Below, one piece after another: positions 9,462 to 20,196 of a stretch of DNA of 64,000 bases (position 1 is the first letter of the stretch; every line of letters begins with the position of its first letter). The notes beneath the pieces were generated by a model. That model made no database searches. It worked only from the letters and a program-made list of their open reading frames with translations, and was not told where the DNA came from. Both the position numbers and the translations under genes were made by a program. This DNA is from a virus (Duplodnaviria; Heunggongvirae; Uroviricota; Caudoviricetes), in the IMG/VR virus record IMGVR_UViG_3300031555_004779, one strand, 5' to 3'.

Positions 9462-10865
9462 TTAAATTACTTTTATCCAAATTCTTCCATTAACTTTTTT
9501 ACCATTCCATTCTTCATAAGTAGGAACAGCGCTAACGTATCCAATAATACATTCGGGATAATGTAAAACTTCATCTTTGGTCATAATACTTACCGTACCA
9601 TTTGGTCCAGTACATACTGGCGCGCCAGCATAATATTCACTGCGATCCTCATTTGGGTATGCTAATACACGACCGCAAAGAGCGATAGGAGTTTTTGCTA
9701 CATTAGTTTCGCCAATAAGCATACCATAAGTATCAGATACAATATTACCACCTAACATTAAACGTTCGGTAGAAATGGAAAGAGTATCATCACCATTTTC
9801 CACAACTACACGTCCAGCAGCAACAGATTTTGTTTCACGAGCTTCAGCATAATCGTTATAAGCGGCGCCAATTAAAATTTTATTTTTTGCATCAAGATAC
9901 ACATCATTGCTATAATAAACTTTTGTAATAGTCCCATTTTTAATGTCACTATTTAAAACGCCTAAAATTGGCAATTTAGAATCAGTCGTATTTTCTTTTA
10001 TTTCAATTTTCGTCTACTAATTTCTTAAATCTGTTATCGCTTTAGCAATAGTATTACTAGTACCTAAATCTTTAGAAGTAAGCGGAATCTAATCTCCTGC
10101 AAGTTTTATCTACTTCCAAGTTCCATTTGCTGATAAGAAATAGAAAAAATCTGTAGCTCCCATTTGAATATCAGTAGGTTTTTTTACCAAACCCATTTCA
10201 GCCGCGTTGGGAAAATGTTTTAAGTATTTAGAAAGTCTTGCTTCAATACCATTTTCAGGGTCATTTACTTTAATATCTAATTCATCTAATTGAATTTGAG
10301 TGCTTTCTAAAGCAGCATCTAAATTTTTAATCAGTGTTCTTCCGCCTTCATCTACTAAAAAGAATTGTCTGCTTTCTTTACCATAAGTGCTCGTAAAACC
10401 TAAACTGCTAATTCCCTATATTTTTTCTTGTACAGAATCTGTTAAGAATAAAATATCAAAAATAGAACTTCCTTCAAAGTTTAACAACCCAATTTTATCT
10501 TCTTCAATTAAACTTTCTTTTATTTCTGTTAAAGTAAAGTAATTTTTATCCTATACAACTGTGTCAACAATTTGTTCTATCATAGCATTAGAATCAGCAT
10601 TTACAACTGTATAAGCAAAATTCATATCAGGCAAAGTTACTAAATGAGAATTAGTTGTTCCAATGGCAATTTGATACCATTTTTCCATAACCTCTTTTGG
10701 CAAATGTATTGGTGTTAAATCACCCCATTTACTTTCTCCATCGCCAACTCTTACTTCAGTTAGTCCTTCTTCTATTGCAAACTCTCCTGCAAATAATGTA
10801 GGATTTTCTTTATCAAAAATAATTTTAGGTGCTAATCTTGTTTCTACAAGAATATTCATTGACAT
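9462..10865 (-). CDS. Tail fibre-like protein, 467 aa: Mtd_N-like N-terminus plus C-terminal intramolecular chaperone/autocleavage (peptidase G2-like) domain; needs TAG=Gln
   Basis: Track ORFs 10551..10874 and 9462..9974 share a frame joined only by TAG codons. N-term ENPTLFAGEFAIE...VGDGESKWGDL, C-term GAAYNDYAE...GPNGTVS...GRIWIKV. GAGGTG RBS. Confidence 0.8.
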
Positions 10866-10891
10866 TCTTATCACCTCACTTATTATGTGAT

Positions 10892-10930
10892 AGAAAAAGA
10901 AAGAGAATAAATGAATTATTCCCTTTCTAT
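10892..10930 (-). terminator. Probable minus-strand terminator after 10938 ORF
   Basis: Imperfect inverted repeat AGAAAGAGAATAA/TTATTCCCTTTCT (G-U pair on minus strand) with a T-run on the minus strand. Confidence 0.45.
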
Positions 10931-10937
10931 AAAATTT

Positions 10938-11219
10938 TTATTTAACTTTAATCCAAATTCTTCCATCAACTTCCACATTTCCTGTTCCCCAAACTTTATA
11001 TTCGGGAATTTCAGAAACAAAGCCAACAATACAATCTGGATTATTTATCATTTCTTCTCGTGTCATACGAGAAACTGTTCCATTTGGCCCACTACAAACT
11101 GCTTCACCAGGCCGGAAGTCATAACGATTTTCGTAAGTATATACTAACGCGCGACCAGCGCAAGCAATAGGAGTTTTATATTTATGTTGTATTCTTGTTT
11201 TTAACGTTGTTGTTGCCAT
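10938..11219 (-). pseudogene. Internally deleted tail-fibre remnant (fibre-like N-terminus fused to last ~80 aa of chaperone domain)
   Basis: MATTTLKTRIQHK joined directly to KTPIACAGR...GPNGTVSRMT...GRIWIKVK, which is paralogous to the ends of both neighbouring fibres. The NDYAE cleavage motif is missing. Confidence 0.6.
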
Positions 11220-11267
11220 ATATTAACCTACCCCCCCCCGCTTTTTGCAGAAGGAACAATATCTATA

Positions 11268-14138
11268 TTAACATACATAAATCCAAATTCTTCCATTTAC
11301 TTGTATATCATCTTCGCCCCAAATGTTATAGTTTGGTATTTCAGAAACGATACCTACAATTCTATCTGGGTAATTTACAATTTCTTCTCTTGTCATACGA
11401 GAAATAGTTCCATTGGGACCAGAACAAACACAATCACCAATAGAATATATTTCGCGTTCTTCATATGGAATAGCAAGTACGCGACCACATACAGCTGTTG
11501 GAGTTTTACATTTTTCTGTCTAACCAATTGCAAAACCAAATGTATCAGAAACAATCTTACAGGCAGGTTGTAAACGTTGGGTAGTTTTCTTCATAATTCC
11601 ATCATGGTCATCACAAATACAATTTCCAGGAACAGCTTTTTCAGAACTACGATATTCTGCATAATCATTATAAACTGCACCATAAATAGTTTTACCATAA
11701 ACTGTTCCAGCAACTCCCAAACCACCAGAAATTTTAACCGCACCAGTGGTTGTAGAAGTAGAAGCAGTTGTATTTGAAAAAGTTGTAACGCCTGTAACTG
11801 TGCCACCAGCTAAAGGAAGATAAGCTGTACTATTATATGCATTACTTCCTAAACCTTTAACTGCTACTTCTTTATCTGTTCCATTCGTATTTACTATAAT
11901 TGTACCATTAGAGCCGCCAGTAGAAACTGCACGGACACCAGAATTATAAAATGTTGTACCACTTAATCCAACGCCATTATTCGCACTATACGTAGTATCT
12001 GTAAACACCGCATTTGCAGGAACAGTTTTATTCAAAGTATACGTAGTAGCAACAGGTACTCCATTACTAAAATAAACTGGCTAAATGGCTGAACCAGCAT
12101 CAGCATTTAATTTATTTGCTGAAGTCGCAGCTCCACCGGCAGAAGAAGAACCAGCATAATTATGAGTATGGTTTTTATCTGCTTTTCCAGCTGCAACAGT
12201 ATTTAAAGCATCAATAGCATCATTATTAGCATCAATTAAATCACCAAGTTCTTTTAATGTATCGTATGCCGCTCCAGCGCCATTAAGTAATTCGTTCTTA
12301 ACTGCAACCGCAGCACCTGCTGCGTCATAAGCATTACTATCAGTATAAGCGGCACTGCCCAAACCTTTAACAGCTACGTTAGTTGTAGTTCCATTGGTAT
12401 TTACGGAAATAGTACCATTGGTTGTACCAGTTGAAATATTAAGAACACCTTCCCAAGGAACAGTTACATAAGCTTGATTATTAGCATCTAATTTTAAAGC
12501 ATAATTTTTATTATTTTCTGCATAACCTGTTTTAATTAAACCAAGTATACTATCAGAAGCAACTGGTTTCCCAATAATGCGATCCCATACTAAATATTTA
12601 GATATATGCGCCTATGATGAATACCAAGTTGGCAAGCCAGAAGTAAAAATAAGTATATCATCTTCGTTACCACCATCATAAGGAGCATAAAAAGTTACGT
12701 TTTTATCTACTTTTATGCCATTAATATTTATTTCAAGTAATGTTGGCATAGTACAAATCTAATTGTAAGCTTTGGTTAATCTACCGTATGAATCAACAGT
12801 AAATTGAGGAATAGTAAAAGTGCTTTCTGAAGATAAAGAAAGATTTTCTAATTGCCCATAGATACCAGCAATAACACCAGTTTCAGAAGTTTTATTATCT
12901 ATATATTCTACCAATTCATCAAATTTAGTATCAATAGAACCAATGGAATCTCCCAAAGTTAATTCCGCGGCGGTTAATATTCTTTGAACATCACCAGATA
13001 AATTATCTTTTGCAATAGTATTTTTTGCTATATATTCATTAGTTATTGAACCAGGAACAAATGAAGCGCTAATTATCTTTGTATTTTCGTCTACATTAAC
13101 CTAAATCTAAGAAGCATTCATTTCATGGGTATAAGTATCTATTAAAAAACTAGCATCTATTAAAACTGGAGCAGTGATATTTTTCACATTTAATTGTAAT
13201 TCAGCCTACTTTCCACTTCTTACAATTCTACCATCAGTAAGATAACACTCTAAAGGGACATCTACCATTCCAAATACTTCTCCTTTTTGAGAAAAAGTAT
13301 ATTGAGTTTTATCCGCATTAGAAGTTAAAGAAACTGCATAATTTCTTTCAATTTCTCCAATTTCTTCTTCTATATTTTCAATTGAAGTTTGATGTTTCTA
13401 AATTTCAGTATCATGCTTTTTATCTTGAGATTCTCTTGCTTCTGTTTCAGTACTAATTAAATTTTTTAATTGACTTTCTAAATTAGTTATTTTTTCATTA
13501 AGATTATTATCTTCATTTACGTAATTAGTAGCAATAGTATCAACAGCATCTTCAAGAGCTGTCTAACCACTAGTTCTTGTTGCTATCTCAGCATTTAACG
13601 AACTTTGCAAAGAAGATAGAGAAACACCTTCACTTTCACCAGAAAGACTATTAATTTGAGTCTACAAATTTTCAATTGCCAGCTTTCTGATATCTTCTTC
13701 ATCTTTTATCGCACCACTATTAGTATTTATTTTATCATTTAATTCATTATACTAATCAGTCGCATCACTTGCTAAAAGATAAAGACTCTTTTTCTAAAAG
13801 CACATTATATCTTTATCGTCTAAACCTTTAACATAAATTTCATTGCCTGCTACAGAAATAGTACCATTTGTTTTACCAGCTGTTATATTTATAGCTCCTG
13901 ACATTTCATTTATAAAAGGTAGATCTTTTAAAGTTTTAACACCATCGCCAATTTTTATTAATTGATAAGAAACCGGTGGCATTTCTATCGCGGCGGCATC
14001 TGCTTCATTTAAAATATCATATATAATTACTTCTCCCTCATAAGGAATAAAAGTTTCTTCTTTGGTTCTCCAATTAGCCCAAGAGTCATTACGCAACTTG
14101 ATTCTAACATTATAATATTTATTAAACTATTCGGACAC
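11268..14138 (-). CDS. Long tail fibre protein, 956 aa, with C-terminal autocleaving chaperone; needs TAG=Gln
   Basis: GTG 14138 with GAGGTG RBS. Track ORFs 13794, 12759, 12081 and 11520 are all co-frame. Motifs KIGDGVKTLKDLPF, GLGSAAYT, YDTLKELGD, HTHNYAGSSSAGGAATSA, YLPLAGGTVTG, GAVYNDYAEY. TAA at 11268-11270. Confidence 0.85.
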
Positions 14139-14223
14139 AATTCTCACCTCTTTTGGCATTAGTTCCTATAATAGAAGAAGTAAAATAACTTTATCGTCAC
14201 ATTAAAAATTTCTAAAACATAAT

Positions 14224-14252
14224 TTGACAAATATAAAAATTTCAATTATAAT
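14224..14252 (+). promoter_or_regulatory. Sigma70/SigA consensus promoter
   Basis: TTGACA-N17-TATAAT. Confidence 0.85.
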
Positions 14253-14284
14253 ATATATGAAATTGAAGAAAAGGAATTGATAAT

Positions 14285-15043
14285 ATGCATTATGTATTTA
14301 CAGATATTCACGGCGACATGAAATCTTGGAACGCTGTAAAAGAACAATTTGGTCAGCCTGAAAACATGCTTATTTTTCTCGGTGATGCTTGTGACCGCGG
14401 CCCTGACGGCTATGAAATTATGAAAGATATCTACAATATGGACAATACTTGCTATCTCAAAGGTAACCATGAAGATATGTTTATTAAGGCCGCGAAAGAA
14501 ATATTAAAATGGAAAAGTGAAAATTGTCTTTCAACTGAAGAAATTCAAAGAATGGATATATATGAAATCTGCTATAATAATGATGATGTAAGTCTTCATC
14601 TTTATAATGGCGGCGCCGCGACCATTAATGCTTGGATTAAAGATGGTATGCCAAGAAATATTATAAATCTTCTTGCTCAGTTGCCAGTTCGTTGCGAAGT
14701 GGATAATTATGATATGTGTCACGCCGGCGTTCAATGGGAATTGTGGCAAGAAAATCTTGATAAAGAATCTCAAGAATTTAAAGAAGAATGTCTTTGGAAT
14801 CGTAAACATTTTAATTATGACTGGGAAAAAGATAGGATTCTAATTCACGGTCATACTCCAACGGTTTCTGGACATTTTAGATTTTTAACTGATATGAATC
14901 ATAAGCGTAAGCACGTTCCAATTCAATACGCTAATAATACAAAAATTAATCTTGATACCCGTTCTATTGAAGTAGATTTTCTCTGGGTATATTGTCTTGA
15001 AACAAAAGAATTTATAAAGGTGGAAAAGAAGAATGAAGCGTAA
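14285..15043 (+). CDS. Metallophosphoesterase (lambda NinI-like Ser/Thr phosphatase family)
   Basis: DIHG, GDACDRG, GNHE, HAG, HGHTP motifs. Confidence 0.88.
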   Translation: MHYVFTDIHGDMKSWNAVKEQFGQPENMLIFLGDACDRGPDGYEIMKDIYNMDNTCYLKGNHEDMFIKAAKEILKWKSENCLSTEEIQRMDIYEICYNNDDVSLHLYNGGAATINAWIKDGMPRNIINLLAQLPVRCEVDNYDMCHAGVQWELWQENLDKESQEFKEECLWNRKHFNYDWEKDRILIHGHTPTVSGHFRFLTDMNHKRKHVPIQYANNTKINLDTRSIEVDFLWVYCLETKEFIKVEKKNEA

Positions 15044-15446
15044 GCGAGAACGTAAATGGTATTATATTTATGGTAATTTGTCCGAACGTTTTTATGATGA
15101 ATATCATCATAAAATGAATACACTTGGATGGCTAATGAATCATCCTAATGAGTCTTATAATTTTCAAACTTGCTATCCTCTTGAAAATGATGAATATGCT
15201 TTAAAAACTAAACATTATATTCATATTCTTCATAGAGTTGTTTTAGATTATTTTGAAGAAATTCCTGATGAACTTTTTGAATTAAATATTAGCACAATGA
15301 CAAATACCGAAGGTAAGATTTATCTTTATTTTAAACTTAAAGCCAAACAGAAAGATGAGGAGATTATTTATGCCAACATGGAAAGTAGCACCACTAAATG
15401 TAACGAAAGAAATAAATCTGAAGTCACAAGTGAAACTGCACTATGA
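15033..15446 (+). CDS. Hypothetical protein
   Basis: Open ORF overlapping the end of the upstream gene. Its 3' end overlaps the next gene. Confidence 0.55.
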   Translation: MKRKRERKWYYIYGNLSERFYDEYHHKMNTLGWLMNHPNESYNFQTCYPLENDEYALKTKHYIHILHRVVLDYFEEIPDELFELNISTMTNTEGKIYLYFKLKAKQKDEEIIYANMESSTTKCNERNKSEVTSETAL

Positions 15447-16206
15447 TTTCGTAAACAAGGATTGTAATAAAAATGGCACCACCTTAGTAACCACTCTTCT
15501 TCAAGGTTCCCAAAACTATAATATGGATGACGAAGAAAGCGATGTAGATACCAAGTCTCTTGTTGTACCCAATTTTGGACAATTAGTACTTGGTGCCAAA
15601 CGTGAAAGCAAAACTCTTGTTATGCCGAATGATGAACATGCTGATGTAAAAGACGTACAGGAAATGATGCTATGTTGGAGAAAACAGAATGTAAATTTTG
15701 TTGAAGTTCTTTATACTCCTTATTGTCATAGTAATGAAGATTACGCTTGGTTTATAAACACCCTTCGCGCTATGCGTGATGATATTTCTCACTACAGTCG
15801 TTGGTATACGCTGATGGCTACATGCGGGCATATGACTGAAAAGTATGAAAAACTTCATCGCGGTGGTGTCGCCCGTGCTGATGTTGTTGCTAAATTTGGA
15901 TATGACCCAAAACAACTTTGCCATCAACTTCGTTTGAAAGATTTTATGGAAAAATACTTTGCTGACTATGACTACAAAGATTGCCTCAAACCTACTGACT
16001 CTGAATATTTGCGAGCAGTAAAACGAGGAAAGTATGACGTATATACTGCTGAGGCTCTTGCCGTAGAAACTAATCAGTGGATGCTAAAATTTCGTGAAAA
16101 TTGGATGAATAAACTTGGCAGGCCCGACCACAATGAAAAAGTTGGCAAACAACTTGATGAACTTACTGTTGCTTTGTACAGGGAAGTGATGATGAATGAA
16201 GTCTAA
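15370..16206 (+). CDS. Putative nucleotidyltransferase (Pol-beta superfamily, phage type)
   Basis: LQGSQNYNMDDEESDVDTK (GS...DxD), QNVNFVEVL, GYDPKQLCH. RBS GAGGAG before ATG 15370. Confidence 0.75.
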   Translation: MPTWKVAPLNVTKEINLKSQVKLHYDFVNKDCNKNGTTLVTTLLQGSQNYNMDDEESDVDTKSLVVPNFGQLVLGAKRESKTLVMPNDEHADVKDVQEMMLCWRKQNVNFVEVLYTPYCHSNEDYAWFINTLRAMRDDISHYSRWYTLMATCGHMTEKYEKLHRGGVARADVVAKFGYDPKQLCHQLRLKDFMEKYFADYDYKDCLKPTDSEYLRAVKRGKYDVYTAEALAVETNQWMLKFRENWMNKLGRPDHNEKVGKQLDELTVALYREVMMNEV

Positions 16207-16930
16207 TATTAATCGTATATTTATTCGTGGCGATACGCATGGTAATTATGATTGGTTAAGAAAGTGGTGCAATGATAATAACACAACTACTGATGATATC
16301 CTCATTATTCTTGGCGATAATACCCTTCGTTTTGAAGGCGCCCTTACGGCGCGCGAGCAGGCTCGTAAATCGTTTGTTCGTAATATGCCTATCACTATAT
16401 TTTGTGTTCGCGGTAATCATGACCGTCCTTTTTGTAATCAATGGCAACTTGATTGCGAACTTGTAAATTGTCCTTTTCTTGATGATAAAAATCCACCTAT
16501 GTGGCATGATATAGAATATTCAAATATTTGGTATTTTATGGATTATGGAGTTTATTATATTAAGAACAAAAGTTTTTTGATTGTTGGCGGCGCTTATAGT
16601 GTAGACAAAGATTGGCGCATATTCAATCATTGGACTTGGTATCCAGAAGAGCAATTAACAGTAGATGAATGGCTTGATTTATTTGATTTAACTTATGATC
16701 GTGGTTTCAATTATGTTTTAACGCACACTTGTCCTTATGATTGGCGACCAACTGATTTGTTTATGAAATCTGTTGACCAATCCAAAGTAGACAGCACCAC
16801 TGAAGAGCAGCTTCAATATCTCTCTTCAATTATCAGCTGGGAGCATTGGTATTGGGGACATTTTCACGGAGACCGTGATTATGGCGATGGTCGTAGAATG
16901 TTTTATAATGATATTGTTCAAATTTTGTAA
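16196..16930 (+). CDS. Metallophosphoesterase (calcineurin-like)
   Basis: GDTHG, LGD, GNHD, GGAYSVDK, LTHTCP, WGHFH. Confidence 0.88.
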   Translation: MKSNINRIFIRGDTHGNYDWLRKWCNDNNTTTDDILIILGDNTLRFEGALTAREQARKSFVRNMPITIFCVRGNHDRPFCNQWQLDCELVNCPFLDDKNPPMWHDIEYSNIWYFMDYGVYYIKNKSFLIVGGAYSVDKDWRIFNHWTWYPEEQLTVDEWLDLFDLTYDRGFNYVLTHTCPYDWRPTDLFMKSVDQSKVDSTTEEQLQYLSSIISWEHWYWGHFHGDRDYGDGRRMFYNDIVQIL

Positions 16931-16944
16931 AGGAGAATACTTTA

Positions 16945-17316
16945 ATGACACCTATTATTCCTCCCATTTGGTTGTATCTGTTTGAAGTGCTTGAAAGTCT
17001 TGATAGTTTACTATTAGCTATTAATATTATTGGCATTGCTGCTATTATCGTTTACGCAATTTTCGCTCTTTGCTATACCATATCAGAAGTAGAAGCCCCT
17101 CCGATGCCCAAGAAGTGGATTTGTATTCTTATTTGTTTGATGCTTGTTTTTTCAATCATTGCTAATATTCTAATTCCTTCTCAAGAAACCATGATTTATA
17201 TGGCAGGTCTATCATTTGTCACACTCGATAATGTAGAATACGGCGCAGAAGTTGTAAAAAATGTATTTGACTATGTTATTACCGCTCTCGGCATGGGAGA
17301 AAATTTGACAAATTAA
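16945..17316 (+). CDS. Membrane protein
   Basis: Two to three hydrophobic segments, IPSQETM motif, AAGGAG RBS. Confidence 0.75.
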   Translation: MTPIIPPIWLYLFEVLESLDSLLLAINIIGIAAIIVYAIFALCYTISEVEAPPMPKKWICILICLMLVFSIIANILIPSQETMIYMAGLSFVTLDNVEYGAEVVKNVFDYVITALGMGENLTN

Positions 17317-17333
17317 AAAAATTCATATATAAT
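17305..17333 (+). promoter_or_regulatory. Sigma70/SigA consensus promoter
   Basis: TTGACA-N17-TATAAT. Confidence 0.8.
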
Positions 17334-17361
17334 ATTCTTATCAAAGATAAGGAGCAAACCA

Positions 17362-17631
17362 ATGGCTACTAAAACAATTCTTACACAGGAGCAGTTGGAT
17401 TTGCTCCTTTCTACTTATAAAGAAAAAGGAACTTTTGCTGCCGCGGGACGTGCTGTTGGAATTAGTTCGGCCGTAGCAAAACGAATCGTAAGTGAACATC
17501 AAAACGATGCTCCCGCAGAAGATATTCCTACTATATATACTGGTCCAATCCCAAAAGAAAACCCTACAAGAAGCGATATTTGGAATACTTTTAAAAAAGA
17601 CGAAGAATGGTGGAAGAGATATGGCGAATAA
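17362..17631 (+). CDS. HTH DNA-binding protein (paralog A1)
   Basis: GTFAAAGRAVGISSAVAKRIV helix-turn-helix. Paralog of 17955. Confidence 0.7.
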   Translation: MATKTILTQEQLDLLLSTYKEKGTFAAAGRAVGISSAVAKRIVSEHQNDAPAEDIPTIYTGPIPKENPTRSDIWNTFKKDEEWWKRYGE

Positions 17632-17965
17632 ATACTATAATGTAGATAAAAGTCCTTATCATACTAATTGTTATTTTGTAACAACTAGCGAAGAAGTTTG
17701 TAAAATTACTTCTGTTCTTCCCAAAGATAATCCTTTTAGTTATAATATGCTTCAAATTGCTTTATTTGGACTTGAACCAGATGATTTTCTTAAATACATT
17801 CAAATTAAATATAATGCTAAAATTTTAAAGAAAACTAAATGTATTTGGAAGTCTATCACTTTTACTAATCTTGCTGACGCTTGGGCTTTTGCCAAAGAAC
17901 TTGACAAGCGCTTCACCTATTGTGTTGAAAATAATTTCTTCAAGGAGATAAATAATGCCTGCTAA
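17621..17965 (+). CDS. Hypothetical protein (paralog B1)
   Basis: ATG 17621 (MANKYYNVDKSP). Paralog of 18223. Confidence 0.7.
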   Translation: MANKYYNVDKSPYHTNCYFVTTSEEVCKITSVLPKDNPFSYNMLQIALFGLEPDDFLKYIQIKYNAKILKKTKCIWKSITFTNLADAWAFAKELDKRFTYCVENNFFKEINNAC

Positions 17966-18239
17966 ATATATTCCTTCAGAAGAAGAATTAAAACTAATTA
18001 TGTCATATTATACTGAAGCCGGCACTTATTCAGAAGTTTCTCGTAGAACTGGTTTGAGTCTTCCGGTTGTAAAACGCATAGTTGATGAAAATAAAACTTC
18101 ATATGTTAATAAAAGAGTGAATTGTCTAGTCTATGATGATGCTATTCCAGAAGAATCAAAAGAAAATATAAAATTTAATTTTAATGAAGAAATAGAAAAA
18201 TTTTATAAGGAAGTATTGCTAAATGGCGGAATATTATAA
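17955..18239 (+). CDS. HTH DNA-binding protein (paralog A2)
   Basis: GTYSEVSRRTGLSLPVVKRIV helix-turn-helix. Confidence 0.7.
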   Translation: MPAKYIPSEEELKLIMSYYTEAGTYSEVSRRTGLSLPVVKRIVDENKTSYVNKRVNCLVYDDAIPEESKENIKFNFNEEIEKFYKEVLLNGGIL

Positions 18240-18525
18240 AGTAGAAAAAAATCCTATAAATTCAAAATATTATCTCGCGCCGACTGCTCATTTACTTCAA
18301 ACATATGAACCTAGACAATATCCATTCTGTTATACCAGTTTAATTATAGAGTGCTACAATTTCTCTCCTCGTGATTTTTATAAATATCTTATTTCAAAAT
18401 ATGATGCTAAAATTAGCGTAGAAAAAATCTTCCCTTATTTTAAAACTTATTTTACTGAAAAAAGAAAAGCAGAAGAATTTTGCAAAGAGGTTAATGAACG
18501 TATAAGAGAGCAGCAGTTAGCGTAA
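18223..18525 (+). CDS. Hypothetical protein (paralog B2)
   Basis: MAEYYKVEKNP...PRDFYKYLISKYDAKI...AEEFCKEVNER aligns by eye with B1. Confidence 0.7.
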   Translation: MAEYYKVEKNPINSKYYLAPTAHLLQTYEPRQYPFCYTSLIIECYNFSPRDFYKYLISKYDAKISVEKIFPYFKTYFTEKRKAEEFCKEVNERIREQQLA

Positions 18526-18586
18526 GAAAAAATCTTCTATACAACTAAATCGTCTCCCTACCTTATTTTTGAAGGAGGTGAGACCT

Positions 18587-19027
18587 TTGGAGAAAATTAA
18601 GGGATTTTTCAGAGGATTGGCTAATTTGTTTAAAAATATGTCTGATATAGTTGAATACTCTGAAACACAAAAGAGAACAGAAGCTTCTCTCGCGGCGATA
18701 AATAAGAATTTAGAAGCCATGAATAAAGTTATGGAAAGTATGGGTAAGAAACTTGATGATGTTTCTGAGCAAACGAAAAATCTTGAAGAAGATATGAAGA
18801 AGGTAAAATCTGGTCTTCAAAAAGAACTTTTCAATAGCCTACAAAGCCTTCACGACAAATATTGCCCAGGTACTGGACGCGGATGGGCGACTCGCTTGGA
18901 GAAGAATGAAGCAAAAATGTTTTATGATGAAATTCATATGATGGGAAGCAATGGATGGAGTACAAAAACATTTGAAGATATATACAATCTTCCAGAATCT
19001 GAAAGAGAAATGTATGGATAGAAATAA
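18587..19027 (+). CDS. Coiled-coil protein resembling Firmicutes phage holin-associated family
   Basis: AAGGAGGTG RBS and TTG 18587. C-terminal FYDEIHMMGSNG...IYNLP pattern. TAG at 19019 is followed by AAA TAA, so the code-15 end is 19027. Confidence 0.55.
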
Positions 19028-19056
19028 GAGGAGAAAATTTTCTCCTCTTTATTTTT
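19026..19056 (+). terminator. Intrinsic terminator
   Basis: AAGAGGAGAAA/TTTCTCCTCTT inverted repeat followed by a T-run. Confidence 0.75.
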
Positions 19057-19085
19057 TTGACTTTTTCAAAAATTTAGGTTATAAT
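19057..19085 (+). promoter_or_regulatory. Sigma70/SigA consensus promoter
   Basis: TTGACT-N17-TATAAT. Confidence 0.8.
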
Positions 19086-19124
19086 ATATTTGAAGAAAAT
19101 ATATGTATTATTTAGAGGTATTTA

Positions 19125-19331
19125 ATGAAAATTGGTAATAAAGAAATTAAAGAATTATTCTTGCATGGACATATCATGGATTCTGAATATGCAGGTGGAA
19201 TAATTCTTGATGAAGGAAATGAATCAATTGATTTTTATTTTAAAACTAAGGAAGAAATGGAAGCGGTTAAAAGTCTATTAGATCAATTTCTAAATATTTA
19301 TAGAAAAGAGGAAGAACTTAATGCCAAATAA
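19125..19331 (+). CDS. Hypothetical protein
   Basis: GAGGT RBS. First gene after the promoter. Confidence 0.65.
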   Translation: MKIGNKEIKELFLHGHIMDSEYAGGIILDEGNESIDFYFKTKEEMEAVKSLLDQFLNIYRKEEELNAK

Positions 19332-19815
19332 ATCAATCATCCCTTATGAAATTTACACCGATGGTTCCGCCAAAGGAGCCGATGCATCTAATCGTCTTGG
19401 AGGTTGGGCTTATGCTATTCTTTTTGACGGAGATATGGTTCGTAAAGATAGTGGTGGTGTACGTGCTACAACAAATCAGCGCATGGAGCTTCAAGCGGTA
19501 ATTGAAGCCATTAAAGGCGCCCGCGAACTTTCTAAAGATAACCCAGGCGCGATTTATAAAGTCTATAGTGATAGTGCTTATGTTGTAAATTGCTATGCAC
19601 AAGGTTGGTATGTTGGTTGGGAAGCTAACGGTTGGCGAAATGCTGCGAAAAAAGAAGTTGCTAATCAGGATTTGTGGCAACAGATTTTACCTTACTTTAA
19701 GAGTAAAAGTTGGCATTTCTACAAAACTAAAGGTCATGCTAACGATTATTATAATAATTATGTAGATACTATGGCACAAGCCGCAGCTGAAAAAATGAAA
19801 CATGCTACGAGGTAA
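19321..19815 (+). CDS. rnhA: Ribonuclease HI
   Basis: IYTDGS, TNQRMELQA, YSDSAYV, VANQDLW, KGHA...NNYVD. Confidence 0.93.
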   Translation: MPNKSIIPYEIYTDGSAKGADASNRLGGWAYAILFDGDMVRKDSGGVRATTNQRMELQAVIEAIKGARELSKDNPGAIYKVYSDSAYVVNCYAQGWYVGWEANGWRNAAKKEVANQDLWQQILPYFKSKSWHFYKTKGHANDYYNNYVDTMAQAAAEKMKHATR

Positions 19816-19818
19816 ATT

Positions 19819-20196
19819 ATGGAAAACAATTTTATTTCTATGATAGATATTTATGAAGTAGATAAAACTTACTATTATTCATATGTATATCGTTGTAAAG
19901 ATAGGCAACTAATGAAACGTCATCCTCGTGAAGGTCTTACTGTTTGGGAAGACCTTGAAACAGGAAAGTTACTTTATGGAAAAGAAGTTACTAATATTAT
20001 GGCTTCAGAAGCAACTCGTTTCTTTATTTTTGAATTGCTAGATGAAGAACTCCTTGGTCCAGAGAAAACTACTCAAACAATTGAAGTTGATTATGAAACT
20101 TATAGAAATTTCTTAGAAGCAGTTGCTTTAAAAAATAAGAAGGAAGACTTATATGGAAAAAATCTTTTTACTTCACGCTGCCGCGAGGAGCGGTAA
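19819..20196 (+). CDS. Hypothetical protein
   Basis: Open ORF in operon with RBS. Confidence 0.65.
   Translation: MENNFISMIDIYEVDKTYYYSYVYRCKDRQLMKRHPREGLTVWEDLETGKLLYGKEVTNIMASEATRFFIFELLDEELLGPEKTTQTIEVDYETYRNFLEAVALKNKKEDLYGKNLFTSRCREER

Noticed and set aside
9462..11520. Repeated fibre C-termini as DGR template/variable repeats (Mtd-like N-termini are present)
   Set aside because: Differences between copies are not confined to adenines, and no reverse transcriptase is in the window.
5550..14220. Pyrrolysine or selenocysteine-type decoding of TAG
   Set aside because: TAG aligns with Gln in paralogs and occurs many times per gene, including in tandem, which fits global reassignment.
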